Source of the DNA: Paecilomyces variotii
Lineage: Eukaryota
Length of the DNA stretch: 64,000 nt
NCBI GenBank assembly: GCA_004022145.1
Contig: RCNU01000025.1
Direction: 5' to 3' (one strand)
Shown: one piece after another, positions 15,083 through 29,900 of the stretch
Layout of the letters: each line of letters starts with the position of its first letter
Position numbering within the stretch: the stretch's first letter is position 1
The notes under the pieces: generated by a model
Database searches by the model: none
What the model was told of the DNA's origin: nothing
The model's input: only the letters and a program-made list of their open reading frames with translations
Position numbers and translations under genes: made by a program

Positions 15083-16814
15083 ATATATTTATTTTTTAAT
15101 TATATAATTATAGCTATTAATAAATATAGATTAGCTTAAAAGTTTTAAAAAAGTATTTAAGAATTAAGTAATTAATAAAACTAATAAGCTATTAAGAAAA
15201 TAAAGCTTATTTATTCTAAAATCTAGTAAAGTAAAGAGCTTAATATTATATTTATTCTTATAAATTAAGCTAAGTTTAATAAAATAATTATTACTTAAAA
15301 GGTAACTAAGATTAATCTTTATTAATTCTTTATTAACTCTTAAATTAAGACTTCTTTTTCTAAGTTCTATTTATTCTTTTTTTTTCTTAATCTTTAAATT
15401 CTTAATATTTATTATTACTTTTTTTAGTAAGTAATTAATAATAAAATACCTCTTTATTTTATAAAAAAAGCACTTCTCTTTTTTTATAAGAGTCTTATAG
15501 TTAATAATTAAGAATTTAATATTAATTTTAGAGATAAATAAATTATTACTAGATTAATTAAATAAGATTTAAGTTAAAAAGAATAGATTTAGATAGAATT
15601 CTCTAGACTATTTAATTAACTTAAAGGGCTAATAATACTTAAGGAAAAAGAGTATTAGTGCATATAGTAGATATAAAGTATATATATATATAAATTCTTA
15701 GTTAAGGCAATAGATTTTAAATAGAGCTTAAAAATAATTTCTTTAAATTACTTAATTTTATTAAAATAAAATTATTCTTAAAAATTTTTTTAAAATAAAA
15801 TTTTTATTATATTAAAACTTATTAGTTCTAACTATTATTTTATAATACTCTTTCTTAGTTTAAATTTATTAAGTTAGTTAATCTTAGTTAATTTAAGAAT
15901 TTTAAGAAGTTTATCTTTAATAATAGTTTAATAAAACTATCTATTATTATATTCTATATTTTAATAAACTTAATATTAATTCTATTCTTTTAATATAAAT
16001 TATATATATAGTAGTATATAATATTAATATATTTTAATCTTTTATAAATATAGGTATCTCTAATTAATAATAGTAATATTTAATTATTCTTATAGATTTT
16101 AACTAGAGAATTAATAATAAAAGCTTGCTTTTTTCTTATTATTAGCTTAAATTTATTTAGATTAATATAGTATCTATATTCTATATCTCTTAAAAAAAGG
16201 GCTAATTATTAAGACTATTTTATAATTTAATATATAGCTATATATTTAGCCTCTATAATTAAAATTATAATAAACTTTTACTTTTTATTTAATTAGCTTA
16301 TTAAATTACTAGCTAAAATAAAAATATTCTTTAAGATTAATATTTAATTAGTCTTATTTATTATATAATCTTAATTTAAATATTTAATAAGTCGCTAGTC
16401 TTAGTTTATATTAAACTTAAGACTAAGGTATATAATTAATTATAAATATCTTATAAAAGACTTTAATATCTTAAAATACTTTTTAAATAAATCTAATAAA
16501 TATTAATTTAATCTATCTATTATAAATATAATATTTAGTTTTATTAAAATTATTAAGTAAATTAAGCTATTAATAATCTTTTAATATTTTCTCTAATTTA
16601 TTTTTTTATTTTAAGGGTTAAATAGTTTTAAAGAGTTATATTTATTTAATAAGATATTAATTAAATATACTTTCTCTTTACTTATTCTATATTATAATAA
16701 AAGTTTTTTAATATAATAAGATTAGTCTATTATTAATATTTAATCCTTCTTATTTTAAATAACTTAAATATTAAAAATCTTCTTTACTTTTTTTAAGTCC
16801 TTTATTTTATATAT

Positions 16815-19800
16815 TATTACAGGAAACCTGTAACTGTATTATGTAATAATATTATATAGTCGGAGCTATAGTCGGCCCATTCCCTTAATTATATTATATA
16901 TCTAGATTAATACTTCTCTATTTCTTAGCATTATATATACTACAGTCCTATTTATATAGTATTAAGTTATCTTATAATACTTCTATTCTCTATACTTAAT
17001 TATGCCTTATAGTTTAAGTTCTTATATAGCTTTTTATACTATTCTTCTTATTAATGCCTTTCTTATATTAAATAATAATTAATATAGGGAAATGCTATTA
17101 TGCAGGGGATCTAATTATTAAGAAGTAATATTAAGAATAAGAGCTTAAGAGCTGGGGTATTAAATTGACCCTAAATCCTATTATAAAGGAAAAGGGGAAT
17201 TATTAAAGTCCTTATATATAATATATAGAGAAGCTAGTCTAGCAGATTATTCTAGATATAAGCTATAAAAAGCCTCCCTATATTAGCTTCTAAAGGGAAT
17301 AGTCCCTATAAAAAAATTACTCTTAAGTAATAAATCTTCTTATTATCTATTTAGTATTATATCTTATTAAAAGCAGTTAAGTATATTTACTATTAATAGG
17401 GAGTAGCTTATAAGAAATAGAAAAAAGCTAATTAGGAAAGGCGTCTTTTATAGGAGATTATTATATTAATATTCTATCTAGAGTAAAAAAGGGAGATAGA
17501 ATCTTCTTTAATAGTAGAATTAAGATAATTATTCTTAATAAATAATAAGAGGGATAATACTTAGGAATTAAAACCTCTGCTTAATTAAAATACCCCTACT
17601 TTATTAATTTCTTAAACTCCTTCCCTTTCTTTAAATAGATAAGAATTATATGCTATAGCTAATCTAATTATGCCTTAAGTATTTATCCCTATGCTATTAC
17701 TAAATATGCTAGAAGCTCCCTATTTTAATAAAAAGAATACTACTAACTTTTTAAATTATTTTATAAACTTATATATAAACTATAGACTTAAAGGAAAGAA
17801 TAATAAAATCTTCTATTAAGTGCTAAAATACTATAATATTTAGATTAATAATTAGATAAAGATAACTATATCTTATATTAAGCAGGATTAAGAAGCTTTC
17901 TATAAGGAAATTAAAAAGGAGTTTTATAAAAAGGATACTAAATAATAGGTATATATTTGCAGGTATCTAGAGGTATATAAAAATAAGAAGCATGCTTAGA
18001 ATAATAGAGTAAAGGATTATATCTAAGAATATATAAGTATTTCTAAGATAATCTTTAAAAAAGATTATTTAGATAAATATATTTGCAATATCTAATTTTT
18101 TTAAGAATTATTTAAAAAGCTTAACAGGAAGGTAATAAAAAAGCTTAAGATAAACTTTAAAAAATTAAAGAAAGTAAAATTTAGTAAGGTAAAATAAAAG
18201 ATTTTAGAGGTTATTATTATAAATAACTGTATTAATAGACTCTTTAAATTTAAAAAAGAAGATAGGGACCTAAATATTATAATAAAAGAATATTAGTCTC
18301 TAGTTAAATTAAAGCTATAATAGTTAAATCTTAACTATTAGCTAAGCTAATTAGAGATTATATATAAGGAAGTAAATAAGATAATTAATAATCTGGCTAC
18401 TTAATTTAAAGCTCTATCTCTGCCTATTAAAGCTCTTATATTATAAAAAAATAGATAGAATTAGTAAGAATACTATATTATTATAAAAGTAAATATTATT
18501 ATAATTATATTCTACTAATAATAAGCAGAATTTATCTATTATTATTATAAAAAACTTAGTAAAAAGATTAATAATTATTCTAATTATCTTAAGAATATCT
18601 GCAAGGGATATATTTATTAATATCTAGAAATAATGTATATTTATTTTAGTAAAGCTAGGGATAAAAATATTAAAGTTCTTTTTTAGTATAGTAAAAAGCT
18701 AATTAAAATTATATAAAAAACTGCTCAGAATAGTAAGCCTATAATTTAAGCTTATATCTAGTTTTAGTCTGCTCTAATTAGCTTAATCCCTAAATAGAAT
18801 AATAAGATTAATAATATAGATAAGGAATAGGAAGATAATAATAAAGATAATATTATAGCCTATTAGGTAAATATAGGATTTATTATACTAAGATTAACTT
18901 CTAAGGCTCTTTAGACTAATACTTATCCTGCTATTAAAAGCTATTATATTAAGATATAGTCTTCTTAAAAACTACCTAAGATAACTATAAAAAGTCTAAT
19001 AAATAATATCTATATAGAAGATATAATTATAGAGGATATAAAGCTTATTCTTATATAATCTAATAGACTAAAAGCTAAGCTAAATATAAGAAGTATACCT
19101 AATAGGCTATCTTATAAGCTTAAAAACTTAATAAATACTAATGCTCTTTTAAATAAGGTTCTTAATTAGCCTATCTCCAATTTAACTATATAAGAATTAC
19201 TTAATAGCTGTCTTATTATTTATTATACCTTCTTTTAAGTATTACTTTTAGATACTAAAGTTATATTCTTTCCCGAACTTAATATAAAGGGAATAAATAT
19301 TAAAATAAGAGTTATAAGCTAAAGACTTCTTAGAGAATATATATTGCTAATATATAATAAGGAAACTATATATATAACTAAAATATTAAAGACTATAGTA
19401 GTAATTAATAGAAAGAGAGTATATATTATTTTTAATATAGATTCCGAAATTAATATAATAAGCCTAGGGCTTATTTAATGTCTTAGCCTACCTATAATTC
19501 TAGGTCTAAACTATTTAATAGTAGTCTAAATATAGACTATTATAAACTGCGTAGGGTATTGCGAAAATATACCTATTATTATTAGTTATATTATTATATA
19601 ATCCCCTATTCTTATTATATCTATAGGCGATGCAGATTATATTCTTAAATATCCCTAGTAAATAAAGTTAAAATTTATAATAAAAACTCTTAATAATAGA
19701 GCTATTCTCTATTATATTTATAGAGAGACTTAAGATAATTGCTTTAAATTTATTAGGTATAGATTAACTAACTAAAATATTAAGATAATAAAGGATATTT

Positions 19801-22800
19801 AGCTAAAGTTTTTAAAAGCTTAAACAGATATTATTTTGCTAGTATAATATTTATTAAAAGATAGAGAGGGGCAGCGATAAAAATACTAGTAAACTTATAT
19901 ATCTAGATTAAAGCAATTAGAGTAAGATATATAATTATAAAAATATAGACTTCTAATTTATTAGGATTTTACAGGTTATAACCTATAAAATTAGTTAATT
20001 AATTAGAGGTTAAAAATAATCTAATAAAATTCCTTTACCGCCTAAATCTTATAAACCTAGGTATTAAGTATAGAATATTAAAGCGATCAGACCTTAAGCT
20101 ATAGATAGGCTATTATAATTATATTTATACAGCAGTTAATATATTAAAAAAATAAAAGGCTAATAAAATAAACCCTATTAATCTAGGGGGATTAAATAGC
20201 GGGGAGATATTTAAAAAAGATTTAAGATAGCAGAAGCTATACTTAAAATGCTATTATAAGAACTTAACACTAGATATAGAGATATTATATAATAAATATC
20301 TATAGCCGCGAATTATAATAATTATATAAGAGTTTTATTTAACTCTTAAGCGAGCAAAATAACTAATTATAGATATAAAGCTTTTAAAAAATAAAAGAGC
20401 TATACTGTTAGAGTTACTCTATAAAAAAGAAGGTATTCTAAAATAGTCTATAGAGAATATTAGGAGAATCTACTCTAAGATTACTCTACTATAATATATT
20501 AGGACTATTCTATATAAAGTATAGCAGATCCCTAGATTTTAGCCGCCTTAAGTGCTTAAGGAAATTATAGCCTAAATATTATATAAAAGACTTTAAAATA
20601 AGATTTTTAAATAATATTATAGTCTATATTAGAATCTATAATTTTTAGTTAAGAAGAAGAATAGTAAGTATAGGCTTATTAATACTATTATATAGATTAA
20701 TAAAGTAATAGTTTATAATATAAATATGCCTTTAAATATTAATAAATTTGCTAAGGATTTTAGTAGCCTATTTCTAAGCTTACTTATTAATTTGCTTTTA
20801 GAATATAACTAAATTATTCTTACCCTAGAAGATAGAGATATAATAGCTATTTAGACTTTATTTAAGCTTTTATATTAAGCAATAATTCTTTAGGGTACTA
20901 TAAACTTTATTAGGTAGATTAAGTATATTATAATATTTATTTTATTAAAAGCTCTGCTTAAGATTATTAAGGTCTTCCTAAATAATATAGATATTAAAGA
21001 TTCTTACTTAAAATATAATAATAAAGAAATATTTCTTAATATACGCCTATATATATTAGAATATTTTTAGAATCTTAACTATATTCTCTATCTTCTTAAG
21101 CTTATTAGAATAATTATATCTATTAAGAAGTTTTAATTTGCTATAGCTAGTCTAAAGATAATAAGATAGTTATATAATTATTCTAGTTGCTATATAGATA
21201 GAGAGAAGGTTTAAAAGGTTATAGAATAGCCTGTGCCTATTAGTATAAACTAAATTTATTTATTTCTTAAGTTAGCTTCTTATTTTAAAGCTCTTATACT
21301 GTAGTATAAAGTTATTATAGCACCTCTTTATTATTTACTTTAAATAAAAATAGAATAGATTTAGGGCAAGAAATAGCGGGCGGTCTTTAAGGAGATTAAA
21401 TAGCTTTTTATAAGTAACTAAATAATTATTTTTATTAACTATATCTAGAACCTATTTAATATTATTATTGCTATAGATATAAATAAGAAAGACTTTAAAG
21501 CTATTATTATATAAAAATAATAAGGTAAATATTATCCTATTAGATATAAATCTAGTATATAGAATAATGCGGAGAAAAAGTATAATATAAGAAAGAAAGA
21601 ATATAAGACAGTTCTAAAAATATTTAAGAAGTTTTATTATTAGCTATATAGAATTTATTTTAAGCTTAAGATTAATGCTTAAACTCTAGTAGTATAATTA
21701 AATAGATTAGTTATAGATCTCCCTAGTACCTTAATTATTAATTAGCTTGCATAGATTTACTTATTTAATTTTATTATTAAGTATATTTCTAGATAGAAGC
21801 ATACTATAATAAATAATCTATTTTAGATACTATTTTTTAATAAGGCCAATATTAAAGAAGATATAAATAATTTTATTTAAGACTAGCTAGATTGCTTCCT
21901 TATATATATTATATTTATATGTATGACTATATCTTAAGCTGAGGAAAAAGTTTATATCCTTAATCCTTCCTATTTTAAGGAATCTAAGTATATTACTAAA
22001 TATTTAATAACTCTAGAAAAGCCTTAGGGTATATTAATAAGAAAATTCCAATAGTTCTAAAAAAAAGCCCTAAAATTCTTAATTAAAGACTAATATCTAT
22101 TTTACTGCGTAAATAAGAATATACTTTTATATAGGGTTATTAACAATAAAGAAGATAGAGAGAGGATCTTATATATAATATATAAAGAATATAGTTATAA
22201 AGGAAAGAAAGGTATAAATTATTAAATTATAGCTTACTATTAATAGCTAGACCTATATCTTAATATAAAATATTATATTAAGACTTATCTCCTATATTAA
22301 CTATAAGAATTAAATAGGTAAGAAGAGGTATTACACCTAATATAGCTATTAATACTATAGGTTAAGGTTTATATTAATATAGTCTATATGCCTCTAGATT
22401 ATAATAAGAACTTTCTTATTATTTTTAGGGACGGCCTATTTAAATAAATAGAAGCTTATACTCTTATTATAGCTATTTTAAATATAGTTATAAAATTTTT
22501 ATAAGAAGATATCTTTTGCGATTTAGCCTGCCTCTTAAAATTATTAAAGATAAAGGGCTAAAAAATTAAGCTCTAGTAGAAGCTCTTATTGCTAAGTATA
22601 ATATTAAAAAGATCTCTATCTTACTATATTATCCGCAATTAAATAGTATTACAGAATTAAGATATTATCCTATTAAAGATACGTTATTTAAGATAATAAA
22701 TAAGACTAATAAAAGATAGTTTTAATACTTACCTATAATACTGCTTGCAGACTATTATATTATCTATATAAGCACTAGTATAACTTTATACTATCTGCTT

Positions 22801-25800
22801 ATAGGTTAAAAAGTAATTCTACCTATTAATCTAAAAATCTTTATATAATTTATACTTCTATAAAAGACTATTTAAATTATTATTAACTTATTTATTATAA
22901 GAGCTTATTAAATAGAATAATGTAATTAAGACCTTAAAAAAGCAGCTATATATTTAGAGCATATATATAAGTAAAATAAAGAATATTTTAATAACTATTA
23001 TAATATTTATACTAAAGAGCTTAAGAATAAGTCTTTAATATTGCTTTATAATATATAGAGAGAAGATAATATATCTTATTTAAACAAGCTGGCCTTTTAC
23101 TAGCTTAGCTTATATTATATATATAAGATTTTATAAGATCTAGGATCTTACTATCTTAAAGAGCTAAATAATATATTACTAAATAAAACTGTTAGTAAGA
23201 ATTAATTAAAAAGCTTTATCTCTAAATCTAATAAGGCTGTCAGCTTTTTAAATAGGGGGAATAATATCTTTAAAATAAGTAGTACTATTAAAATAAACTA
23301 TATATCTAAAAATAAGTAAGAAGACAATAGGGCTAGATTAAGTAATATAGACGCTAAAGCTATAATAGAAGACTAGATTTTACCTGGATAAAATATGGCT
23401 ATAATTATTAATCTAATTTATTCTAATTAATAAAGCTATTTAATTAGCTAAACTTATATAACGGCAGTTATTCTTATTTAGGAATTTACTTTAAGTAATA
23501 AATTTATATATAGTAAATTTAATATCTTATTATATCTTAAGTTCTTATTTTTTTTTCCTTTTTTTACCCTTTTTAAACCCTTAATCTAATTATTTTATTA
23601 TATTTATTATTGCTATTATCTTAGAGAGTTATTATTTATTTGCCTATTGCTTAATAAGATACCTACTAAGTTTATCTTCTATTCTCTATTATTTTAAGAA
23701 GATTATAATTAATTCTAGCTCTAGTTAGAGATAATAGAAAGAGGCTAGAATTTTACTATTCTATTAATAAATATATTCCCTTTTCTCTCTTATTAAATAG
23801 TTTTTTTTATTATTTTATTTCCTCTACTTTACTTTTCTATAACTATATTATATTATCAGATTACTTTTTACCCTATTATGCCTGTGCCTATATTAACTAA
23901 TTAAGATAATATTTTAGTAATTAATAGTATCTAATTCTTTTCTCTATAAGAAGCTATTAGCTTTATTAACTAGTAATTAATAACTTTTTAATATAGCTGT
24001 TAGCTTCAGCTAGCTGTTATATTATATTAGAATTATAAAGCTATAGATAATCTCCTTATATAACTATAGGAATATATTAAATTTTTTTTAAGCCTAATTA
24101 TATACTATCAGTGCCGAGTAATTTTAGAATAACTTTAAAGATATTAAGGCTGCCTATAAGAAAGTTAGTGATAAAAAAAGATAGATTAAGAATATAAAGA
24201 GAAATATTATAAATAAGTAGGGCTCTAAGAATATAGAGCTTATATAGTATTATATTAATTCTAAATAAATAGCTAAATATATAATTGCTTTTATAAAAAA
24301 TACTAATTCTTTTAAAGATACTATTTATATATTAAATAGGGCTATAATTAATAGGCTTTTATATTTTAATAAAGGAAAAAATTTTAAAAAGACTCTATAG
24401 CCGGTTAATATTAATAACCTTCTCTTTTTTTAAGATTTTTATCTAATCCTATAGATAGAGCTCTAAAGCTTATAAATAGAGTATAATTCTTTTAGCTTAT
24501 TTATCCCTGCTAAACTACAATCTTTATTATAAGAAATCTCCTTATCTCTAGGATTATTTATAGTAATTTTATCTCTAATATGCTTATTATAATTATTAAT
24601 ATTTTTAATATATAGGCCTTAAGTTAGAAGTAATAATAGCTTTTTATTGCCTTATATAAATATAATTATACCTTATAGTATTATTATACCTTAGAGGATA
24701 TTATTAATCTTGTTTATCTTATCTAGAATGTAAGACTTCTAATTTATTAGGATTTTATAGGTTATTACCTATAAAATCCCCTGGCTAATTAGAACTAAGC
24801 TCCCCTTTTTTAATATTATATAAGCGCTAAAGCGCTGCTGCTGCTATTATTATAATAGAGTAATTTATTGCTAAGTCTATAGATATCCTTAATAATCTTA
24901 ATAATATAGATAAGATCCTTTTAAAAGCATTTTAAATATCTAGAATAAAATATAAGTATTAAGGTTTGTCTAAAAGTATTTGCCAGAGGATTAATAAAAA
25001 GGCTAAGATTTTAAATACTAAATTTATAAAACTTATAGAATAAATAAAGGCCGCCCTTATTATATTAAATAGGTATATTTATTTTATATATATAAAGCTC
25101 TTAGCTTTAAAAGCTAGAATGCAGACCTATAGCCTAGATTATAACTAGCTTATTTATATATATATTAAAGGTCTCTATAATTATTATTACTAACTCGGAG
25201 ATTTTTATATTTTTTATTATTATTAGTTTTATTAGGACTTCTGTTCTATTTAACCTGAGGATATTTTAAGTATCTATTAATATGCTTTAGTATAAATAGT
25301 AGCACTAATTATTTAAAGATATTAGGACTTAGATTAAGAGTTTTTAGTAAATATAATTAATATCTTACTATATCTATAATAAAGAGGGCTAAAAGCTAGT
25401 TCTATAAAGTAAAAATAAGCAGTTTTTAGTTTATTTATTATCCTAGGACTAATATTCTAATAAGAAGAGATCTTAATAAGCTCTATATATACTAACTAGC
25501 TATCTATCTCTTTAATTATTTATAAAGAGTTTAATATATATATATACTATTAGTATAAGGTAGGTAGTTAAAGTAATTTAAAGTAGCTATAAGCTATATA
25601 TTACTCTACTATATAGCAAATTATATATTAAGACCCCGCTTATTATTTATAATATATTATATACTAGCTAGATAAAAACTAGTATTTAATTGCCTATTTT
25701 TATTATATAAAATATATAAGGCCTAGAGATTTTACCTTCTTTTAATATATTAATATAAATATTCTAGATTTAATTTAATATAGCTATAGTTTTACAATAA

Positions 25801-26986
25801 TCTAGGGTAGTATATCTCTTAATTATAAGGATACAAGAAACTATATATAGATATTCTTAGATATGCACTAAAAACTTAGAAAATAATAGCCTTATATCTA
25901 AGAGCATAAATTAGCGTTAGCTAGCTTTATTTATTATATAAATAACTAGATATTTATATACTAAAATATCTAAGACTTTAATATAGATTAAACTAATAAA
26001 ATATATTATATATTTAATGCCTATATTATATACCTTGCGCTATTATATAGATTAATAAGACCTGCTATATATATTAGGCGTACTTTTCTCCTATAGTATA
26101 TTAGGATCTAGAAGAATTACTAAACCCTTAATATTATAAAGGCTAGGATATAGGAGCAGCTGTCTATAGCATATTAAGACCTTATTTCTAAGACTATTTC
26201 TCTATCTAGGCTTATAAATTAATATACTATTATCTTATATATATTTCTAGCAGCTATTCTAATTATAGGCTTAAAAAATATCTCTAATATGCTTATAGGG
26301 AGAGTTTAATAGATTAATCCTATAATTTAAGCAAAGCTCTTTATTATAATTAAAAGCTATAAAGAAGGCAGGAGATATATCTATAACTAGAGATAGCGCG
26401 CTTTTATTAAGGCCTTTAAGGCTATAAAGCTTATATAAGAAGCTGAGAAGCATACTTTTAGAGAGAATTTATACTTCTATTATTAGGAGTATAATATTAA
26501 TACTATTATCTTAATGCCTATTTTTATTTCTATATATTTAATTAATAATATAATCTCTATAAGTTTAAGCCTAAGGAATAATTATTATTAGGGGATCTGT
26601 ATATATTTTTATAATTACCTTTTTTTTACCTTTTCTCTCCTATTATTAGTACTAGTTTATAATATTTATTATATTCTTCTCTTTTTTTTCTAATATTAGC
26701 AGGGGATACCGATGCTAGGCTTTAATTATATATTATAGGGAACCTATAACTGTATTATATAATAATATTATATAGTTAGAGCTATAGTCGGCCTATTCTC
26801 TTAACTATATTATATATCTAGATTAATATCTCTCTATTTCTTAGCATTATATATATTACAGTCCTATTTATACAGTACTAGGTTATCCTATAATACTTCT
26901 GTTCTCTATGCCTAATTACGCCTTATAGTTCGAGTTCTTATATAGCTTCTCACGCTATCCTCCTTATTAGTGCCTTTCCTATGTTA
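16815..26986 (+). mobile_element. Ty3/Gypsy family B, 10.2 kb, with a ~3.3-kb 3' cargo region; RIP-degraded
   Basis: 256-bp LTRs 16815-17070 and 26731-26986 with a 4-bp TSD atat. A tggtgacc-like PBS (RIPed) follows the 5' LTR. Protease DTGSEINVM ~19430, RT FLDDxGxKG ~20975, RNase H ~21470-21780, integrase ~22350-23200. Confidence 0.9.
24790..26490 (+). pseudogene. RIP-inactivated PhyH-like 2OG-Fe(II) dioxygenase ORF carried inside Gypsy-B
   Basis: One frame of ~560 codons. Reversing C>T/G>A gives QDPAYY...YPYYAKY.RPGDxTFFRHID (His 25746, Asp 25752), IQGSVSL (25800), PGMH (ATG CAC intact, 25863), LPHGS (His 26046) and RRTFLPW (AGG CGT intact, 26076). This is the HxD...H...R arrangement of double-stranded beta-helix dioxygenases. 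The start may lie further upstream (~23878). Confidence 0.7.
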
Positions 26987-29900
26987 ATATTAATTTAAAC
27001 TCTTATTTAAATTAATAGATATTCTCTATTTATTTTATACTAATTAAGATATTATTAATATATATTAGAAGTAAGATCTTTTTTTCTAAGTACTATAATA
27101 AATATAGATTAATATTAGTCTATATAAAATTTATTTTTTAGAGTATTTTTATATAGGTTTAATTCTAATCTCTTATAACTTGCTTTAAATTATATAAAGA
27201 TTAAAGAATTTTTAGTATTATTCTTAATAATATATTTATTCTTAATAAAGATATTATATAAATCTCTTTCTTTAATATTAACTTTATAAAAGTATTATTA
27301 ATATTTATAATATAATACTTATAATTCTCTATTATAATAATAGCTAAGAATATTTATAATATATTATATTATAAGGTAAGAATAAAAATATACTTAAAAT
27401 TAATATTATATTTTTAAGTAAACCCTTAAATAATAAGATATATCTTAAGCTTTTAAAGGAAACTATTTAAATTATACTTTATAATTAATATTTAATAGCT
27501 AGTTATAATATTAACTCTTAATAATAGTATAACTATTTTAAAAATTTTATTTATCTAGAATATATTTATTTTAGCTTTAAATATACTTTACTATAATTTA
27601 CCTTAAATAAAGTTATTAATTATAGTATAATATAAGTTTAAGATTAAAATATACTCCTTTATTATATATATTATTATTATAGCATTTAATACTTATTTTA
27701 TATACTCTTTTTAGTCTATATTAATATTTAGAGGTAGAAGATTTAATATAAGCATTACTTAATATAACTTCTTAGTATTTTATTTATTATTTAGTAATTT
27801 AATCTTTTCTTTCTTATATTTTGCTATATAAGGGATTTTTATTAACTAAGAGATCTCTATATAAGATATAACTTATTTATTTAATTAAAATAGGGAGTTT
27901 ATCTATAAGTTCTTATAACTATTTAGATTATTAAAATAAGAATAATTAAGTATTTTTTTTCTATTCCTTAATTTTTTTTTAATAAAAAACTTTATTTTTC
28001 TTTTAAGGAAAAGTTAAAACTTTTTTATAGCTCTTCTTTTAATTATTAATATTATTTTTCTTTTTACTTAAGAGTATATATATATTTAAGATAATAGGCT
28101 AGGTTACTAGTTAATTTTTTAAATTTTTTATTAGTACTATATTTAGCGATAATTTTTAAAAAATCTTAAGATCTAGATCTTTTTCTAGTTTATTTTTAAA
28201 AAACTTAGCTTAATAGATCTTAATAGTCTTTTTTATATTTAAAGCTTAAACTTTTTATTATTTATTTATTCTTTTAATATATCCTATAAAAATATAAATC
28301 TTGCCTTAATTTATTAATTTATCTTTTTATATACCTTATAGCAGAAATTCTGGGTTTATATATAATATTACTTAATATTCCTATATTTTTAAGTAATTAA
28401 TTAATAGCTTAACTCTAATAAAGGCTTTCTTTAAAGATATTTAAACCTTATTAATTATTAGTCTATTTAATATTTTATTTCTAATATATATATTAGTTTA
28501 AGCTATCTTTACCTATAATTTAACTAAAAGGTTTAAATTTTTAAATATAGCTCTTATTTCTTTTTTAATAATTTAATATATCTATTTTATAACTCTATTT
28601 TATATTAATATATATAAAACTATTAGTTTATAATAAATATTAAACTATTTCCTCTAAGTCTTAAAAAGATTCTTAAGTTCTAATATATTATCTAATTATA
28701 TATTAAGAATTTAGAGACTTATTATTATCTTAATCTCTCTTTTCTATTTATTTAAAGTAGGGATAATATTAGATTTAGCTCTTATTAAAAATACTTATAT
28801 TTTTCTTAAAAAGTTATTTATAATTATTAAAAAATAAATATATTTATTTTTAAACTTTAATACTTAACTATATATATCTATATAGATAAGTTTAAGAATA
28901 TTAGCTTTTTATATATTAATAGTCTCTTTCTTATTTCTAATATTAGCTATAATATATATTATATATTAATAGTCTATTATTACTTTAATAGGCTTCTTTA
29001 ATATAGTTAAATTATATAAGTTTTTAATCTTTTTAAATTTAAAATAGTTAATTCTTCTATATTATAATTAATACTTCTCTTTAATTTTATTTTAATAAAA
29101 TCTTTCTTTCTCCTTAATTTTATTTTAATAAAATCCTTTTTTTAAATCTATAATTATAGTATTAAGAGTATTTTTAATAAGGAATAGTATAATAAATATA
29201 TATTATAACTTAAGTATTTAGTTTAAAAAGATTCTCTTAATAATATAAACTCTATATTTAATAATACCTTAAATTATAACCTTATCTAATTTATTTAATA
29301 TAGATATTATTCTTTTATTAAAATATTTATATATATTTAACTGCTAGTAAAATATATTAGTTAATAAGAGATTTATTCTAAGATTTAGTATAAGTAATAT
29401 ATTTTCTAGGTCTAATATTTTTCTATTTTTATCTCTTAAAATAGCTATTCCTATATATTTTAAATATAGAGTTCTTCTATTTATATAAATATATTTTTAT
29501 TAAATTTAAATTAGTAGTCTTCTAAAATAATAGTTTTTATTAATTATATATAAATTAGCATTATTATCTATATATTATTAGGTTAAATCTTTACTAATAA
29601 TATCTTTTAAAAGGTAAGTAATCTTATATAAGATTTAGTTATTAAAAGTAACTAAGACTAAGGATTTTAATTAAGATTAGCTCTTTTTAATATTTAAGGT
29701 TTTTTCTATATAATATATCTTATGCTTTTTATTCTTTAATTTCTTATTTTTTAAGGATTAAACCTCCTTATAGATTTTATTAATTATCTTTATTATTATT
29801 TTATCTTAAATAATAAGATTATTAAATATTTATTTAAAAAACTTCTTTCTTTATTTTTAACTATCTCTTATATTTCTTTAAGTAATAGATAGAAATAGGC

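Noticed and set aside
26271-26453. 60-aa minus-strand ORF in the AT-rich block
   Set aside because: Antisense shadow of the RIPed dioxygenase frame.
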